Assembly: GCA_949293255.1 (NCBI GenBank)
Contig: CASFCL010000002.1
Span: forward strand, 30,395 to 94,394
Origin: an uncultured bacterium
GTDB taxonomy: Bacteria; Bacillota_I; Bacilli_A; RFN20; CAG-826
Direction: 5' to 3'
Length of the DNA: 64,000 bases
Each line of letters opens with the position of its first letter. Position 1 is the first letter of the stretch. Of the stretch, positions 29,318-39,676 are shown piece after piece. Both the position numbers and the translations under genes were made by a program. The notes below the pieces were generated by a model. The model did no database searches and had not been told where the DNA came from. It saw only the letters and a program-made list of their open reading frames with translations.

Positions 29318-30586
29318 TTATTCTATCAAAGTATTACTTTGTTTTTGAATATTTTTACATTCCTTTATCAATTTTGTTGAATTAAATATTAATAATGAGT
29401 TTTCATCGATTTTATAATCTTCTCTATATCTTGGTGTATATATAAGATTATTATCTTTATCATAAATCCCAGGCCAGACCTCTCTAAGATGCAAAGGCGT
29501 CTTCCAATCAATAAATAATCTATTAACTGTTTTTTGATATTTATTATTAATAATTAATTTATCTTTTTTATCTACAGGTTTTATGATTTTAGCCCCTTTT
29601 TTAACCATTTCTTTATATAAAATTGAGTTAGAATTTAAAGAAAACATAGTGTTTTCCTGCATCAATTCAGAAAAATCATAAGAGTATTTTTCTAAAGGAT
29701 ATTTATAGCAATAAATCTTTTTATATGAGCATTCTAATGCAACTCCGTTTTTAATATTTCTAAATGTTCCTTTGTGATTTAAACATTTAAATTTAAAGTC
29801 TAATAAATATTTTTTTGATAGTTGAACATAGATTTTTTTCTTCTTTAAAAACTCATAAATTAATGTTTGATATTCATCTTCTGAAAGGTCTTTTATATCT
29901 TCAACATTTAGGAATTCTTCATTTAAATATTTAGAAATTTTTAATTTTTGTAGGTTTTTTGCAAGGTTTTTGTTAAAAATATCGCCTTTTATTCTTTTAA
30001 TATCTTCTTCAGAATACTTAGAAACTACTGAATGTCTTAAATAATTTCTTCTAAATTTTTGATCAAAATTTGAATAGTCAATTGAGTATGGAATGTGGTT
30101 CTCATCACAATAATTTAAAAGCTCGGCTTTAGAATAATTTAATAATGGTCTAATAAAATTTACACCGCCTAATTCATAAAAAGATGATAGTCCATAACAG
30201 GTTACAAAATTCTTTCTTTCAAGTTGTAACAAATAAGTTTCAATAGAATCATTAAGATTATGAGCTACTAAAACATTTTTTATACCAAGTTTTTTTGATA
30301 GTTCTTTGAAAAAATCATATCTAATTGTTCTAGCAACTCCTTCTTCATTACCCATCTCTTTTGTAAAAAATAAAGACTTTACATAAAGTTTAATGTTATT
30401 TTTTTCACAATAATTTCTTAAATTTTCTTCGTCCTCATCGGCGTTTGTTAGAATATGATAGTTAACATGTGCAACTACAAAATTATATCCATCTTTTTTT
30501 AGTAGATCAAAAAGAGCCATTGAATCTGGACCATAAGAACAAGTTAGGATATATTTTTCTTTTCTTTCTAAATCAATTGTTATCAT
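29318..30586 (-). CDS. tilS: tRNA(Ile)-lysidine synthetase
   Basis: SYGPDSMAL, AHVNY, ARTIRY, AHNLND, RPLL; upstream of ftsH. Confidence 0.92.
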   Translation of the reverse strand: MITIDLERKEKYILTCSYGPDSMALFDLLKKDGYNFVVAHVNYHILTNADEDEENLRNYCEKNNIKLYVKSLFFTKEMGNEEGVARTIRYDFFKELSKKLGIKNVLVAHNLNDSIETYLLQLERKNFVTCYGLSSFYELGGVNFIRPLLNYSKAELLNYCDENHIPYSIDYSNFDQKFRRNYLRHSVVSKYSEEDIKRIKGDIFNKNLAKNLQKLKISKYLNEEFLNVEDIKDLSEDEYQTLIYEFLKKKKIYVQLSKKYLLDFKFKCLNHKGTFRNIKNGVALECSYKKIYCYKYPLEKYSYDFSELMQENTMFSLNSNSILYKEMVKKGAKIIKPVDKKDKLIINNKYQKTVNRLFIDWKTPLHLREVWPGIYDKDNNLIYTPRYREDYKIDENSLLIFNSTKLIKECKNIQKQSNTLIE

Positions 30587-30845
30587 TCTCTAAAATTACT
30601 TCATCTTTCAGCGTTTCATATAACGTTCCAACATCTTCTTTTTTTGAAGTTCTCATTGTTTTAATAACTCTTACAGTTAAAGCGTGTCTTCCTAAAAGCA
30701 AATATAAAATATCTCCTTCTTTAACTTCATTAGAAGGTTTTGCAACTTTGCCATTAATTTTAAAAATACCTCTATCAAGCAATTCTTTAGCAACAGTTCT
30801 TCTTTTAATTAATCTGGTAACTTTTAAATATTTATCAATTCTCAT
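30573..30845 (-). CDS. S4-domain RNA-binding protein (YabO/RqcP-like)
   Basis: MRIDKYLKVTRLIKRRTVAKE...INGKVAKPS; follows mfd. Confidence 0.9.
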   Translation of the reverse strand: MRIDKYLKVTRLIKRRTVAKELLDRGIFKINGKVAKPSNEVKEGDILYLLLGRHALTVRVIKTMRTSKKEDVGTLYETLKDEVILENDNN

Positions 30846-33800
30846 GCTTCCTCCAAGAGTTTTGCTCTCTCATTATCATTAAACAATTTTATAATTATTT
30901 CCATAACTTTAATTAATAAGTCCAACCAATTGTCGTTTTTGTTTAAGATTATTGATAATACTTTGTTTCGATAATCGACCCTCATTTGATTCATATATCT
31001 AGCTAAACTTTGGAAAAGTTTATTCCCGACACCATCAATTAAAGTAAATTGATTTGACATAATTAATGTAACTTTTTCATTTTCTTCTTTACAAGAAACA
31101 AAAAAATTTTTGTTGTTTAAATAGATGTCGACCTTTCTTTTTTTTATCAAAGTTTCAAAGCTTAAAGGAATCTTTCCATACATATCTTGAATGGTATATC
31201 TGAAGTTATTTAACTCTTTTATATCCTTACATTCTAAGATTTTTTGATATAACAATACCTTATCTTCATCGTTAGCAAATTCTTGTGGAATATAGGCATC
31301 AATTTTCAAATTCGATATGTTTTCCTGGGTCTTTTCCACTTTTTTGCCTGTTTTTTGCTCTATAATTGCTTCATTTAAAAGCTTGATATACATATCAACT
31401 CCAACTTCATCAACAAACCCAGCTTGTTGACTTCCTAAGATGTCTCCTGCACCTCTAATTAAAAGATCTCTTTGAGCAATTTTATATCCACTTCCTAATT
31501 CGGTAAAATCTTGAATTGCTTTTAATCTCTTCTTTGCAACTGGAGTAATTTTGCGTTTTGTATTGATCATTAAATAAGCAAAGGCAATTCTATCACCTCT
31601 ACCAACCCTACCTTTAAGTTGATAAAGTTGAGTTAAGCCTAAAATATCAGCATCTTCAATAATAATTAAGTTTGCATTTTTAATATCGATACCATTTTCA
31701 ATGATTGTTGTTGCAAATAAAACGTTTGTCTCTCCTGAATAAAATTTAGACATTTCTTCTTCAATTTCATCTTTACTTAAATCTGCATGAACGACACTAC
31801 TTTTTATTTCTGGAATTAAAATATCTAATCTATTCTTTTGCAAATATAAATTTTGAATGCTGTTACAAACATAATAAACTTGTCCGTTTCTTGATAATTC
31901 TCTTTTTATTAATTCTCTAACAATAGTTTCATCATATTTAATGACGTATGTTTGAACAGGATTTCTTCCTTCAGGTGAAGTTTCAATTGTTGAAACAGAT
32001 TTTAAACCGATGAGTGTTGTTTGAAGTGTTCTAGGAATTGGGGTTGCACTTAAAGATAAACAATCTACATTTCTGGCTTTTTCTTTAACATTTTCTTTAT
32101 CAACAACTCCAAATCTTTGCTCTTCATCAACTATTAATAACCCTAAATTTTTAAAATTAACCTTTTTAGATAAAAGTTTATGTGTTCCAATTGCTAAATC
32201 AATTTTTCCGTTATTGATAGCTTCGATATTTTGTTTATTGATTGAATCTTTATTCAATCTGGATAATGAACAAATATGGACACCATAATTTTTGAATCTT
32301 TCTAAGGCTAGATCATAGTGCTGTTTAGCTAAAATAGTGGTAGGACAAAGGAAACAAACTTGTTTACCATTTAAAATTGCTTTCATCGCAGCTCTAAAAG
32401 CAATTTCAGTTTTTCCAAAACCAACATCTCCGCATAAAAGTCTATCCATTGGATGAGGGCTTTCCATATCTTCTTTGATTTCTTTTAAAGATGTTTCTTG
32501 ATCTTTAGTTAATTTATATTCAAATTCATCTTCAAAAGATTTTTGAATCTCATCGTCTTTTTCAAAAGCAAAACCTTCGTCTTGTTGTCTTTCTTGATAA
32601 AGAGTTAGTAGTCTTAAAGCTAAATCGTTAATTTTTTCTTTAATTGCTTTTTTAGTGTTTTCCCATTTACTAGAACCTAGGGTGCTTAACCTGGGAGATA
32701 CTCCGTCTTTACCAACATATTTTCTAATCATATTAAATTGATAAAGAGGAACATAAAGTTTGTCGCCGTTGTTATATTCAATTTGTAAGAAGTCTTCGTG
32801 ATTTTTATTAACTTCTAAAGTTACAACACCTAAAAATTTTCCAATTCCATATTGTTCATGAACAACAAAATCACCTTTTTCTAATTCCAAATAAGAACCT
32901 AAAATTGTTCCTTCTTTAAATTTAGAAGCATAAGCAAAAGTCTTCTTTTTGTATCCAAATAGCTCTTTTGGAGTTAAAAACACTATGTTTTCTTGGCTAA
33001 TTTCTAATCCATTTGAAGAATCATCACTAATAATTGTTGCTTGTTTTAATGATTTTATATCTTTAGGAATTGAGTAGTCGTAGTCTATATCAAGTTGTTT
33101 TAAAGCAATTTCAATCGATTCTTTTTGAGTTTTATCTGAATAACCTAATATCATTTTATAATTTAAGCTCAAATAACCCTTTAAAATTAGCATCATGTTT
33201 TTATCGTTTACTAAACTTAAAGCAGGTCTTTTAATAGGGATTGTTACGGCATCATTATGAATGTAGAAATTGTTTAAAATAAAGGTTGACTTTGAGCCAA
33301 CATATATCGCTCTTCTTTCATCAAAATAAGCTAAATGTGAAATTGAAGTTCCGGCTTCCTGAAGATCAAGAAGGAATTTTCTAGCATCGTTAAATATGAT
33401 TTCTTTTGATTTTAAAAACTCTTCTTCGTTAGCATTTACAATACAAAAATCTGAGCAAAAATCCGTTAATTTTGAGTGAAAACTCTGCAGAAACCCAATA
33501 TATTTATAGTTTTTTATAGAAATGTTGTTTGACAAAAGTTCCTCTAAATCATCTTCAATTGTTGCACTTAAGTGTTCAATTTGAAGTGCTGATAAGTTTC
33601 TTTTATCAAGTTCAAATTGATTTAAAATCTTCTCTTTAATTTGGTTTTTTTCTTCTTTAGAAAATAAATAAACGCTAGCAGGTAAAATCTCAACTTCATC
33701 CATTTCTTCATATGAGGTTTGAGTGGCAATATCAAAAAGTCTAATTGAATCAATTTCATCACCAAAAAATTCAATTCTTATTGGATTTACATAATTTAAA

Positions 33801-34339
33801 GAAAATACATCAACAACGTCGCCTCTTGAAGCGAATTGCAAAGATGAATCAATCTTATTTACTTTAATATATCCTGCTTCTGCTAATTTCTTTTTAAACT
33901 CAATAAGGTCGATTTCATCGCCTTTTTTAATTTTAAAAGTATTTTGCAAAAAAGTTTCTTTGGTAGGGAAAAATCGATAAATTGTTGATGGAGCAAGGAT
34001 AATAATTTTATGTTTGCAATCAATTAATCTATTTAATCCATCAATTTGTTGAGCCAAAATCTCTTTTGAAGAGGAAATATATTCAACTCTTATCATTTCT
34101 TCTGAAGGAATTAAAATAATGTCTTTTTGATCAACAAGGTTGCTTAAAAAATTATAAATGTTATTAACATCAAAGTTGTTTGCTGTATATATAAAAGTAT
34201 TTACATCGCTTGTAATATAATTTTTATACGCAATTAAAGTGGATCCAATTAGTCCATCAACAACAAACTTATTGTTTTTTTCATTTATAGGATATGAAGG
34301 TACAAAATTTAAAATATAATTTAAAAAGTCTTTATCCAT
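30842..34339 (-). CDS. mfd: Transcription-repair coupling factor
   Basis: VVHEQYGIGKF (RID), GDVGFGKTE, VDEEQRFG, SATPIPRTL, QLKGRVGRG, RGAGDILG. Confidence 0.96.
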   Translation of the reverse strand: MDKDFLNYILNFVPSYPINEKNNKFVVDGLIGSTLIAYKNYITSDVNTFIYTANNFDVNNIYNFLSNLVDQKDIILIPSEEMIRVEYISSSKEILAQQIDGLNRLIDCKHKIIILAPSTIYRFFPTKETFLQNTFKIKKGDEIDLIEFKKKLAEAGYIKVNKIDSSLQFASRGDVVDVFSLNYVNPIRIEFFGDEIDSIRLFDIATQTSYEEMDEVEILPASVYLFSKEEKNQIKEKILNQFELDKRNLSALQIEHLSATIEDDLEELLSNNISIKNYKYIGFLQSFHSKLTDFCSDFCIVNANEEEFLKSKEIIFNDARKFLLDLQEAGTSISHLAYFDERRAIYVGSKSTFILNNFYIHNDAVTIPIKRPALSLVNDKNMMLILKGYLSLNYKMILGYSDKTQKESIEIALKQLDIDYDYSIPKDIKSLKQATIISDDSSNGLEISQENIVFLTPKELFGYKKKTFAYASKFKEGTILGSYLELEKGDFVVHEQYGIGKFLGVVTLEVNKNHEDFLQIEYNNGDKLYVPLYQFNMIRKYVGKDGVSPRLSTLGSSKWENTKKAIKEKINDLALRLLTLYQERQQDEGFAFEKDDEIQKSFEDEFEYKLTKDQETSLKEIKEDMESPHPMDRLLCGDVGFGKTEIAFRAAMKAILNGKQVCFLCPTTILAKQHYDLALERFKNYGVHICSLSRLNKDSINKQNIEAINNGKIDLAIGTHKLLSKKVNFKNLGLLIVDEEQRFGVVDKENVKEKARNVDCLSLSATPIPRTLQTTLIGLKSVSTIETSPEGRNPVQTYVIKYDETIVRELIKRELSRNGQVYYVCNSIQNLYLQKNRLDILIPEIKSSVVHADLSKDEIEEEMSKFYSGETNVLFATTIIENGIDIKNANLIIIEDADILGLTQLYQLKGRVGRGDRIAFAYLMINTKRKITPVAKKRLKAIQDFTELGSGYKIAQRDLLIRGAGDILGSQQAGFVDEVGVDMYIKLLNEAIIEQKTGKKVEKTQENISNLKIDAYIPQEFANDEDKVLLYQKILECKDIKELNNFRYTIQDMYGKIPLSFETLIKKRKVDIYLNNKNFFVSCKEENEKVTLIMSNQFTLIDGVGNKLFQSLARYMNQMRVDYRNKVLSIILNKNDNWLDLLIKVMEIIIKLFNDNERAKLLEEA

Positions 34340-34343
34340 GTAT

Positions 34344-34907
34344 TTATCTATTATATATAGTCATTGCTTTATTAAAACTTTCTTTTAAAGCCATTTTAAT
34401 AGCATCAACTGCATTTTTTATAGCTTCATCTACAGTATCTCTTTCTTCTTTACTAAATTTAGTTAAAACAAAGTCAATAACATCGTGATTTTCTGGATGT
34501 CCAATTCCGACTCTGATTCTTTTAAATTCTTCGTTTCCCCCAAGGTTAGCGATAATGGATTTAATACCATTATGTCCTCCGCTTGAACCTTTTTCTTTTA
34601 ATTTTAAGTGTCCAATTGGAATATCCATATCATCATGAATTACAATTAAATTTTCTTTAGGAATTTTATAAAAACCCATACAAGCTTTAATCGAATCTCC
34701 ACTAAGATTCATAAAAGTGGATGGTTTTAAAATAATCACATCTTTGTCAAAATATTTTAACTTTAAATAGGTTCCTTTAAAGCCTTCTTTTTCAATATTT
34801 TGACCCCAAGATTCAGCCAGTTTGTCTACCACATCAAACCCGACATTGTGTCTTGTGTGTTCATACTGTTTCCCAATATTTCCAAGTCCAACAATTAAAT
34901 AAATCAT
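34344..34907 (-). CDS. pth: Peptidyl-tRNA hydrolase
   Basis: MIYLIVGLGNIG..YEHTRHNVGF, FMNLSG, SSGGHNG. Start moved from TTG 34952 to ATG 34907. Confidence 0.97.
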   Translation of the reverse strand: MIYLIVGLGNIGKQYEHTRHNVGFDVVDKLAESWGQNIEKEGFKGTYLKLKYFDKDVIILKPSTFMNLSGDSIKACMGFYKIPKENLIVIHDDMDIPIGHLKLKEKGSSGGHNGIKSIIANLGGNEEFKRIRVGIGHPENHDVIDFVLTKFSKEERDTVDEAIKNAVDAIKMALKESFNKAMTIYNR

Positions 34908-34980
34908 AGTGTAATTAATGATACTATTAATCCTTATAAAATTAAATAGCAAAACAAGAAATTTTTTAATTATTTCAAGA

Positions 34981-35028
34981 AAAAACCCTGTAAAATCCCA
35001 AAAAGTCTCTCTAAACTCAACTATTTTT
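34981..35028 (+). repeat. Dispersed motif B copy plus the 16-bp repeat AAACTCAACTATTTTT (35013-35028)
   Basis: AAAAACCCTGTAAAATCC at 34981; the 16-mer is identical to 39659-39674. Confidence 0.6.
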
Positions 35029-35092
35029 AAAAAATGGTAAATTTTTGAAATTCAACAAAAAAGATAATTTATAAATTTTTACAATTCTTATA

Positions 35093-35120
35093 TTGACTTT
35101 TTAGTCATTAATAATATCAT
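35093..35120 (+). promoter_or_regulatory. tetR promoter (TTGACT-N16-TATCAT) with palindromic operator TGACT-N4-AGTCA over the -35
   Basis: -10 ends 7 nt before ATG 35128 (leaderless); palindrome at 35094-35107. Confidence 0.6.
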
Positions 35121-35127
35121 TTTAAAT

Positions 35128-35727
35128 ATGCCAAGAACGAGAGATCAAAACGAAGCAATTCGTGACAAAAGAAGAACCGACATTTTAAACGCAGCTATGC
35201 GTCTATTTGCTAATCGTGGTTATGATAATGTTTCAAGCGACGATATAACAAAAGCTGCGGGATGTTCGCACGGTCTTTTCTATCATTATTACAAGAACAA
35301 AGAAGACGTATTAAAAGATTTGTTTGAACAATCAAAAGCCGGATGTAAGGACACAATTAAATCAATAATTGAGAGCAATTCTAGAGCCATTGATGCCTTA
35401 ATTGCTTTAGAAAAATCTTTAACATCAGCCATCATGAGAGATCAAAAATCAGCTTATTCGATTTTTCTAGCTTTCTCAGTTCCTCTTTCAAAATCTTTTT
35501 CAAAATCTAAACCAGATAAGAAGTTCTTATTCTTCTTTATAGATTTAATTGAAAGAGCACAAAAGGAAGGAGATATTGTCCCTTGTGATGCAAATGCAGT
35601 AGGCAATACATTCCATTTCTTCATTTTAGGCTTATGTTATTCAAAAACCAGATATAAGAATCTAGATTTAAATTACTTGGCAGACAATGGAAGTCTGATA
35701 CACCTTCTTCAAACTAAAAAGGATTAA
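35128..35727 (+). CDS. TetR/AcrR family transcriptional regulator
   Basis: ILNAAMRLFANRGYDNVSSDDITKAAGCSHGLFYHYYKNKE. Confidence 0.95.
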   Translation: MPRTRDQNEAIRDKRRTDILNAAMRLFANRGYDNVSSDDITKAAGCSHGLFYHYYKNKEDVLKDLFEQSKAGCKDTIKSIIESNSRAIDALIALEKSLTSAIMRDQKSAYSIFLAFSVPLSKSFSKSKPDKKFLFFFIDLIERAQKEGDIVPCDANAVGNTFHFFILGLCYSKTRYKNLDLNYLADNGSLIHLLQTKKD

Positions 35728-35735
35728 TTTAAAAG

Positions 35736-37553
35736 ATGTTAAGAGTTATAAAAATACTTGGAGAAAAGTGGTATTTTGTTCTCCTTGTTGCAGTTTCAAT
35801 TATCGCTCAATGTTATTGCCAACTTGAACTCCCTACTTATATGGGAAATATTCAAAAGGCAATCACAATGCAAGAAGATATGAGCGTTATTTGGTCAACA
35901 GGAGGCATTATGATTGGTTTTGCCTTTGCTGTTTTTGTTTTGGCAATAATCCAAAACTTTTATGGAGCATACTTAGCTGCTTATGTTGGAAAAAGATTAA
36001 GAGAACAAGTATTTGAAAAAGTTAATTCGTTTAATTTAACTAATTATAATAAATTTGGAACCTCTACTTTGATCACCAGAACAACAAACGATGTTGAACA
36101 AGTTAGAAACTTCGTTGTTATGGCTGTTAGAGTTTTATTTATGTCTCCAACTTACATGATAATTGCAATCTTTAAGACTGTTACAATGGATGCAACTTTA
36201 GTTTCTGTCATCGCCATTTGTATACCTTTAATTCTTGTTGTTATGATCGTCTTATTGTGTCTTGCATCACCTTTATTTAAAAAGGTTCAAAAACAAACAG
36301 ATGATTTAACGGTTGTTGTTAGAGAAAATTTAACTGGTATTAGAGTCATTAGAGCATATTGCCAACAAGATAAAGAAAATGAAAAATTTGATTATGCAAA
36401 TACTCAAATTACAAAAACAATTTTAAAAGTTAATCGAATGATGACAATTGCTAATCCGTTTATCAATGTTATCTTTAATCTTTGTTATATAGGAATTTTT
36501 GCTTTAGGTTTCTACCTTTTAGAAGGGGAGTCTTCAACAGATTTATCAAGAATCTCAACTCAAATCACTAATATAAGTGTTGTTGCTCAATATTCTTCTC
36601 AAATCATGATGTCATTTTTAATGTTTACAATGGTATTTATCATGGTTCCTCAAGCTGTCGCTTCTTTAGGAAGAATTAACGCTATCATGAATCTTGAAAG
36701 TGGTGAAACAATTAGAGAATCCTCGAAAGAATTTGATGAAGAACTTAAAAATTCTTCCTTAAAAGGCGTTATTGAATTTAAAGATGTCTCATTTGCATAT
36801 CCAGATTCTAATTTACCTTGTATAGAACATATTTCATTTAAAACTACACCTGGTAAAACTACAGCAATTATTGGATCAACTGGAAGTGGTAAATCTACTT
36901 TAATTAACTTAATACCCAGATTTTATGATGCTACCGAAGGTCAGATCTTAATTGATGGCATTGATGTTAAAGATGTTTCGCAAAAAGAACTGAGAAAACA
37001 TATAGGTTTTGTTCCTCAACAAGCACTTTTATTTAAAGGAACAATTAAATCTAACATGCTTTTTGGAAACGATGATGCAACCGATGAAGACATAAATGAA
37101 GCCTTAAATATTGCTCAAGCTTATCGTTTTATTTCTAAATTACCTGATGGGGTCGATAGTTATGTTTCTCAAGGAGGAAAAAATTTCTCTGGAGGTCAAA
37201 AACAAAGATTATGTATTGCTAGAGCCTTAGTTAAAAAACCTGAAATTTACGTATTTGACGATTCTTTTAGTGCTTTAGATTTTAAAACAGACTCTCAACT
37301 TAGAAACGCTTTAAATAAATCAATTGGAGAAGAATCTAGTGTAATTGTAGTTGCTCAAAGAGTTTGTTCTATCTTAAATGCTGATAACATTATCGTTTTA
37401 AATGAAGGAAAATGCGTTGGTCAAGGAACACATGCTGAACTTTTAAAATCTTGTGAAGTTTATCAAGATATCGTTAGATCACAACTTGATCCTGAAGAAG
37501 TTGATAAAACAATTAAAATGTTCCAAAGCGCCGCTTTAGAAGGAGGTAAATAG
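35736..37553 (+). CDS. Heterodimeric ABC exporter subunit 1 (degenerate site, TM287/LmrC-like)
   Basis: TMD plus GSTGSGKS, FSGGQKQR, VFDDSFSALD (catalytic Glu replaced by Asp). Confidence 0.93.
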   Translation: MLRVIKILGEKWYFVLLVAVSIIAQCYCQLELPTYMGNIQKAITMQEDMSVIWSTGGIMIGFAFAVFVLAIIQNFYGAYLAAYVGKRLREQVFEKVNSFNLTNYNKFGTSTLITRTTNDVEQVRNFVVMAVRVLFMSPTYMIIAIFKTVTMDATLVSVIAICIPLILVVMIVLLCLASPLFKKVQKQTDDLTVVVRENLTGIRVIRAYCQQDKENEKFDYANTQITKTILKVNRMMTIANPFINVIFNLCYIGIFALGFYLLEGESSTDLSRISTQITNISVVAQYSSQIMMSFLMFTMVFIMVPQAVASLGRINAIMNLESGETIRESSKEFDEELKNSSLKGVIEFKDVSFAYPDSNLPCIEHISFKTTPGKTTAIIGSTGSGKSTLINLIPRFYDATEGQILIDGIDVKDVSQKELRKHIGFVPQQALLFKGTIKSNMLFGNDDATDEDINEALNIAQAYRFISKLPDGVDSYVSQGGKNFSGGQKQRLCIARALVKKPEIYVFDDSFSALDFKTDSQLRNALNKSIGEESSVIVVAQRVCSILNADNIIVLNEGKCVGQGTHAELLKSCEVYQDIVRSQLDPEEVDKTIKMFQSAALEGGK

Positions 37554-37554
37554 T

Positions 37555-39648
37555 ATGCCACCTAGAAGTAGAATAGTTTCAAAACCAAAGAATTTTAAAG
37601 GAACAGGTATAAGATTAATTAAAGACTTTAAGAAAAATCTTCCAATTATTTCTTGCATTATTGCTCTTGCTATTTTAAGTGCGGTTTTATCAATTTTTTC
37701 GCCTATATTAATTAATAGATTATTAAGTCAAGAAACATTAGCTGAAATGTTTGATGGTTCAACTGGTGTCATTCAAATTCAACGGCCTGTTTTCTTTTCA
37801 AATTTTGGAATAATTTTAGGAGTTTACTTAATTAGCGCTTTATTTTCTTGGTTATCTGAATTTTTAGCAGTTAACATAAGTGCAAATTATGCTAAAGAAA
37901 TGAGACAAAAAGTCCAAAGAAAATTAGATAGTTTGCCTTTATCTTATTACGATAGGGTCCCTTATGGAGATACACTTTCAGTCGCCATAAACGATGTTGA
38001 TAACATTGCTAGAAACCTTCAAACAATTATTACTCAAGTTTTTGCTTCATTAACTTTATTTATTGGTGCAATTATTGCGATGTTTGTCATTAGATGGGAA
38101 TTAGCATTTGTTGCGATCTGCTCGCTTCCTTTTACTATTTTAATTGTTATTTTTGTTGGTAAAATTTCAGGTAAGAAATTCGAATTATTTAGAAAACAAT
38201 TAGGTGAATTAAACGGAAAAATCGAAGAAAATTACGCCGGATTTAAGGTTATTAAATTATTTAATAAAGAAGAAGATATTGTCGTTGATTTTAATAAAAC
38301 TAACGAAGAAATGAGAAAATCTGATGGAATTTCACAATTTTTATCAGGTTTTATCTTCCCTTCAACAAACTTTATTAATAATTTAGCATATGTTGCAATT
38401 GCAGTTACTGCTGGATTATTAAGCGATGTTGCAGGAATGATCACTTTCTTCTTGCTTTTAAATTGTTTTACTAGACCTTTCCAACAATTAGGTCAAATCT
38501 TCTCAACAATTCAATCAGTTGTTGCTAGTGGAGAAAGAATTTACTCACTTCTTGATGAACCAGAAGTTAGAAAAGATAAAGAAGAAGCAATCGCAAGCGA
38601 AGATGAAATTAAAGGTAATTTCTCTTTCAATAATGTTTATTTCCAATACACCTACGATAAACCTTTAATTGAAAAATTCTTCCTTGATGTTAAAGCTGGA
38701 GATACAGTTGCAATCGTTGGACCAACTGGTGCAGGAAAAACCACAATGGTTAATTTAATCATGAGGTTTTACGACATTACAAATGTTGTTGATAACGACA
38801 ATTTAACTGAGAAAACACTAGGTTTTATTAACGCAGCTAACGATTTATTAAAGCTTCCAAAGGTTTCAAAAGAATCGATCCCAACGTTTAATTTAGACGA
38901 TTTAAATTTAGCTATTAAAGAAGCTTCTAAATATATTTATGAATATATTGAAATTGCTAGAACTCGCTGTGAATCTAAACTTTTACAAGACGAAAACACC
39001 AATCAAAAACTTTGTAAACTTGTCAATTTAATACCAAATCAAATCAATTTAGGTAACATTTATTTAGATGGAAGACCGCTCGATGATTACAAAGTTGATA
39101 CTTTAAGAGGAAGTATCGGTATGGTTTTACAGGATACGTGGTTATTTAAAGGAACTATTAAAGAAAATCTTCTTTTTGGTGATCAAAATGCAACTGATGA
39201 AGAGATTATTGAAGCTTGTAAAAAAGCTCATATACATCATTTTATTGAAACACTTCCTGGTGAATATAATTTTGAATTAAATGAAGATGGTACTAATATT
39301 TCTCAAGGCCAAAGACAACTTTTAACTATCGCTAGAGCTATTATTTCAAAGCCAAAAATCTTAATTTTAGATGAAGCTACAAGTAGTGTTGATACAAGAA
39401 CCGAACAAGCAATTCAAGATGCTTTAAATAACATTATGGTTAATAAAACCTCGTTTGTTATTGCTCATAGACTTTCAACAATTAAGAATTCGAAAATGAT
39501 TATTGTCATGAAAAAAGGCCATATTGTTGAAGTTGGAAATCATAAAGAACTACTTCAACAAGGCGGTTTCTACGCTGACTTATATAACTCACAATTTAGT
39601 GGTGTAAATCCAATGGAAAAACAAGAAGAAATCGTGTTTGACAGTTAA
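37555..39648 (+). CDS. Heterodimeric ABC exporter subunit 2 (TM288/LmrD-like) with ~89-aa NBD insertion
   Basis: TMD plus GPTGAGKT, ISQGQRQ, LDEATSSVD, IAHRLS. Confidence 0.93.
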   Translation: MPPRSRIVSKPKNFKGTGIRLIKDFKKNLPIISCIIALAILSAVLSIFSPILINRLLSQETLAEMFDGSTGVIQIQRPVFFSNFGIILGVYLISALFSWLSEFLAVNISANYAKEMRQKVQRKLDSLPLSYYDRVPYGDTLSVAINDVDNIARNLQTIITQVFASLTLFIGAIIAMFVIRWELAFVAICSLPFTILIVIFVGKISGKKFELFRKQLGELNGKIEENYAGFKVIKLFNKEEDIVVDFNKTNEEMRKSDGISQFLSGFIFPSTNFINNLAYVAIAVTAGLLSDVAGMITFFLLLNCFTRPFQQLGQIFSTIQSVVASGERIYSLLDEPEVRKDKEEAIASEDEIKGNFSFNNVYFQYTYDKPLIEKFFLDVKAGDTVAIVGPTGAGKTTMVNLIMRFYDITNVVDNDNLTEKTLGFINAANDLLKLPKVSKESIPTFNLDDLNLAIKEASKYIYEYIEIARTRCESKLLQDENTNQKLCKLVNLIPNQINLGNIYLDGRPLDDYKVDTLRGSIGMVLQDTWLFKGTIKENLLFGDQNATDEEIIEACKKAHIHHFIETLPGEYNFELNEDGTNISQGQRQLLTIARAIISKPKILILDEATSSVDTRTEQAIQDALNNIMVNKTSFVIAHRLSTIKNSKMIIVMKKGHIVEVGNHKELLQQGGFYADLYNSQFSGVNPMEKQEEIVFDS

Positions 39649-39674
39649 AAACCATGCAAAACTCAACTATTTTT
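39647..39674 (+). repeat. Dispersed motif B copy between convergent genes
   Basis: AAAAACCATGCA-AAACTC-AACTATTTTT. Confidence 0.65.
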
Positions 39675-39676
39675 TC

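Noticed and set aside
38761-38775. AGG-to-Met reassignment, reported in some uncultured Bacilli
   Set aside because: AGG encodes the conserved Arg of NLIMRFYD (38764-38766) and Arg-like sites in purB.
38776-39051. Intein in the ABC NBD, or in DnaB, GyrA or NrdD
   Set aside because: No Cys/Ser-start and His-Asn-end splice motifs and no endonuclease motifs.
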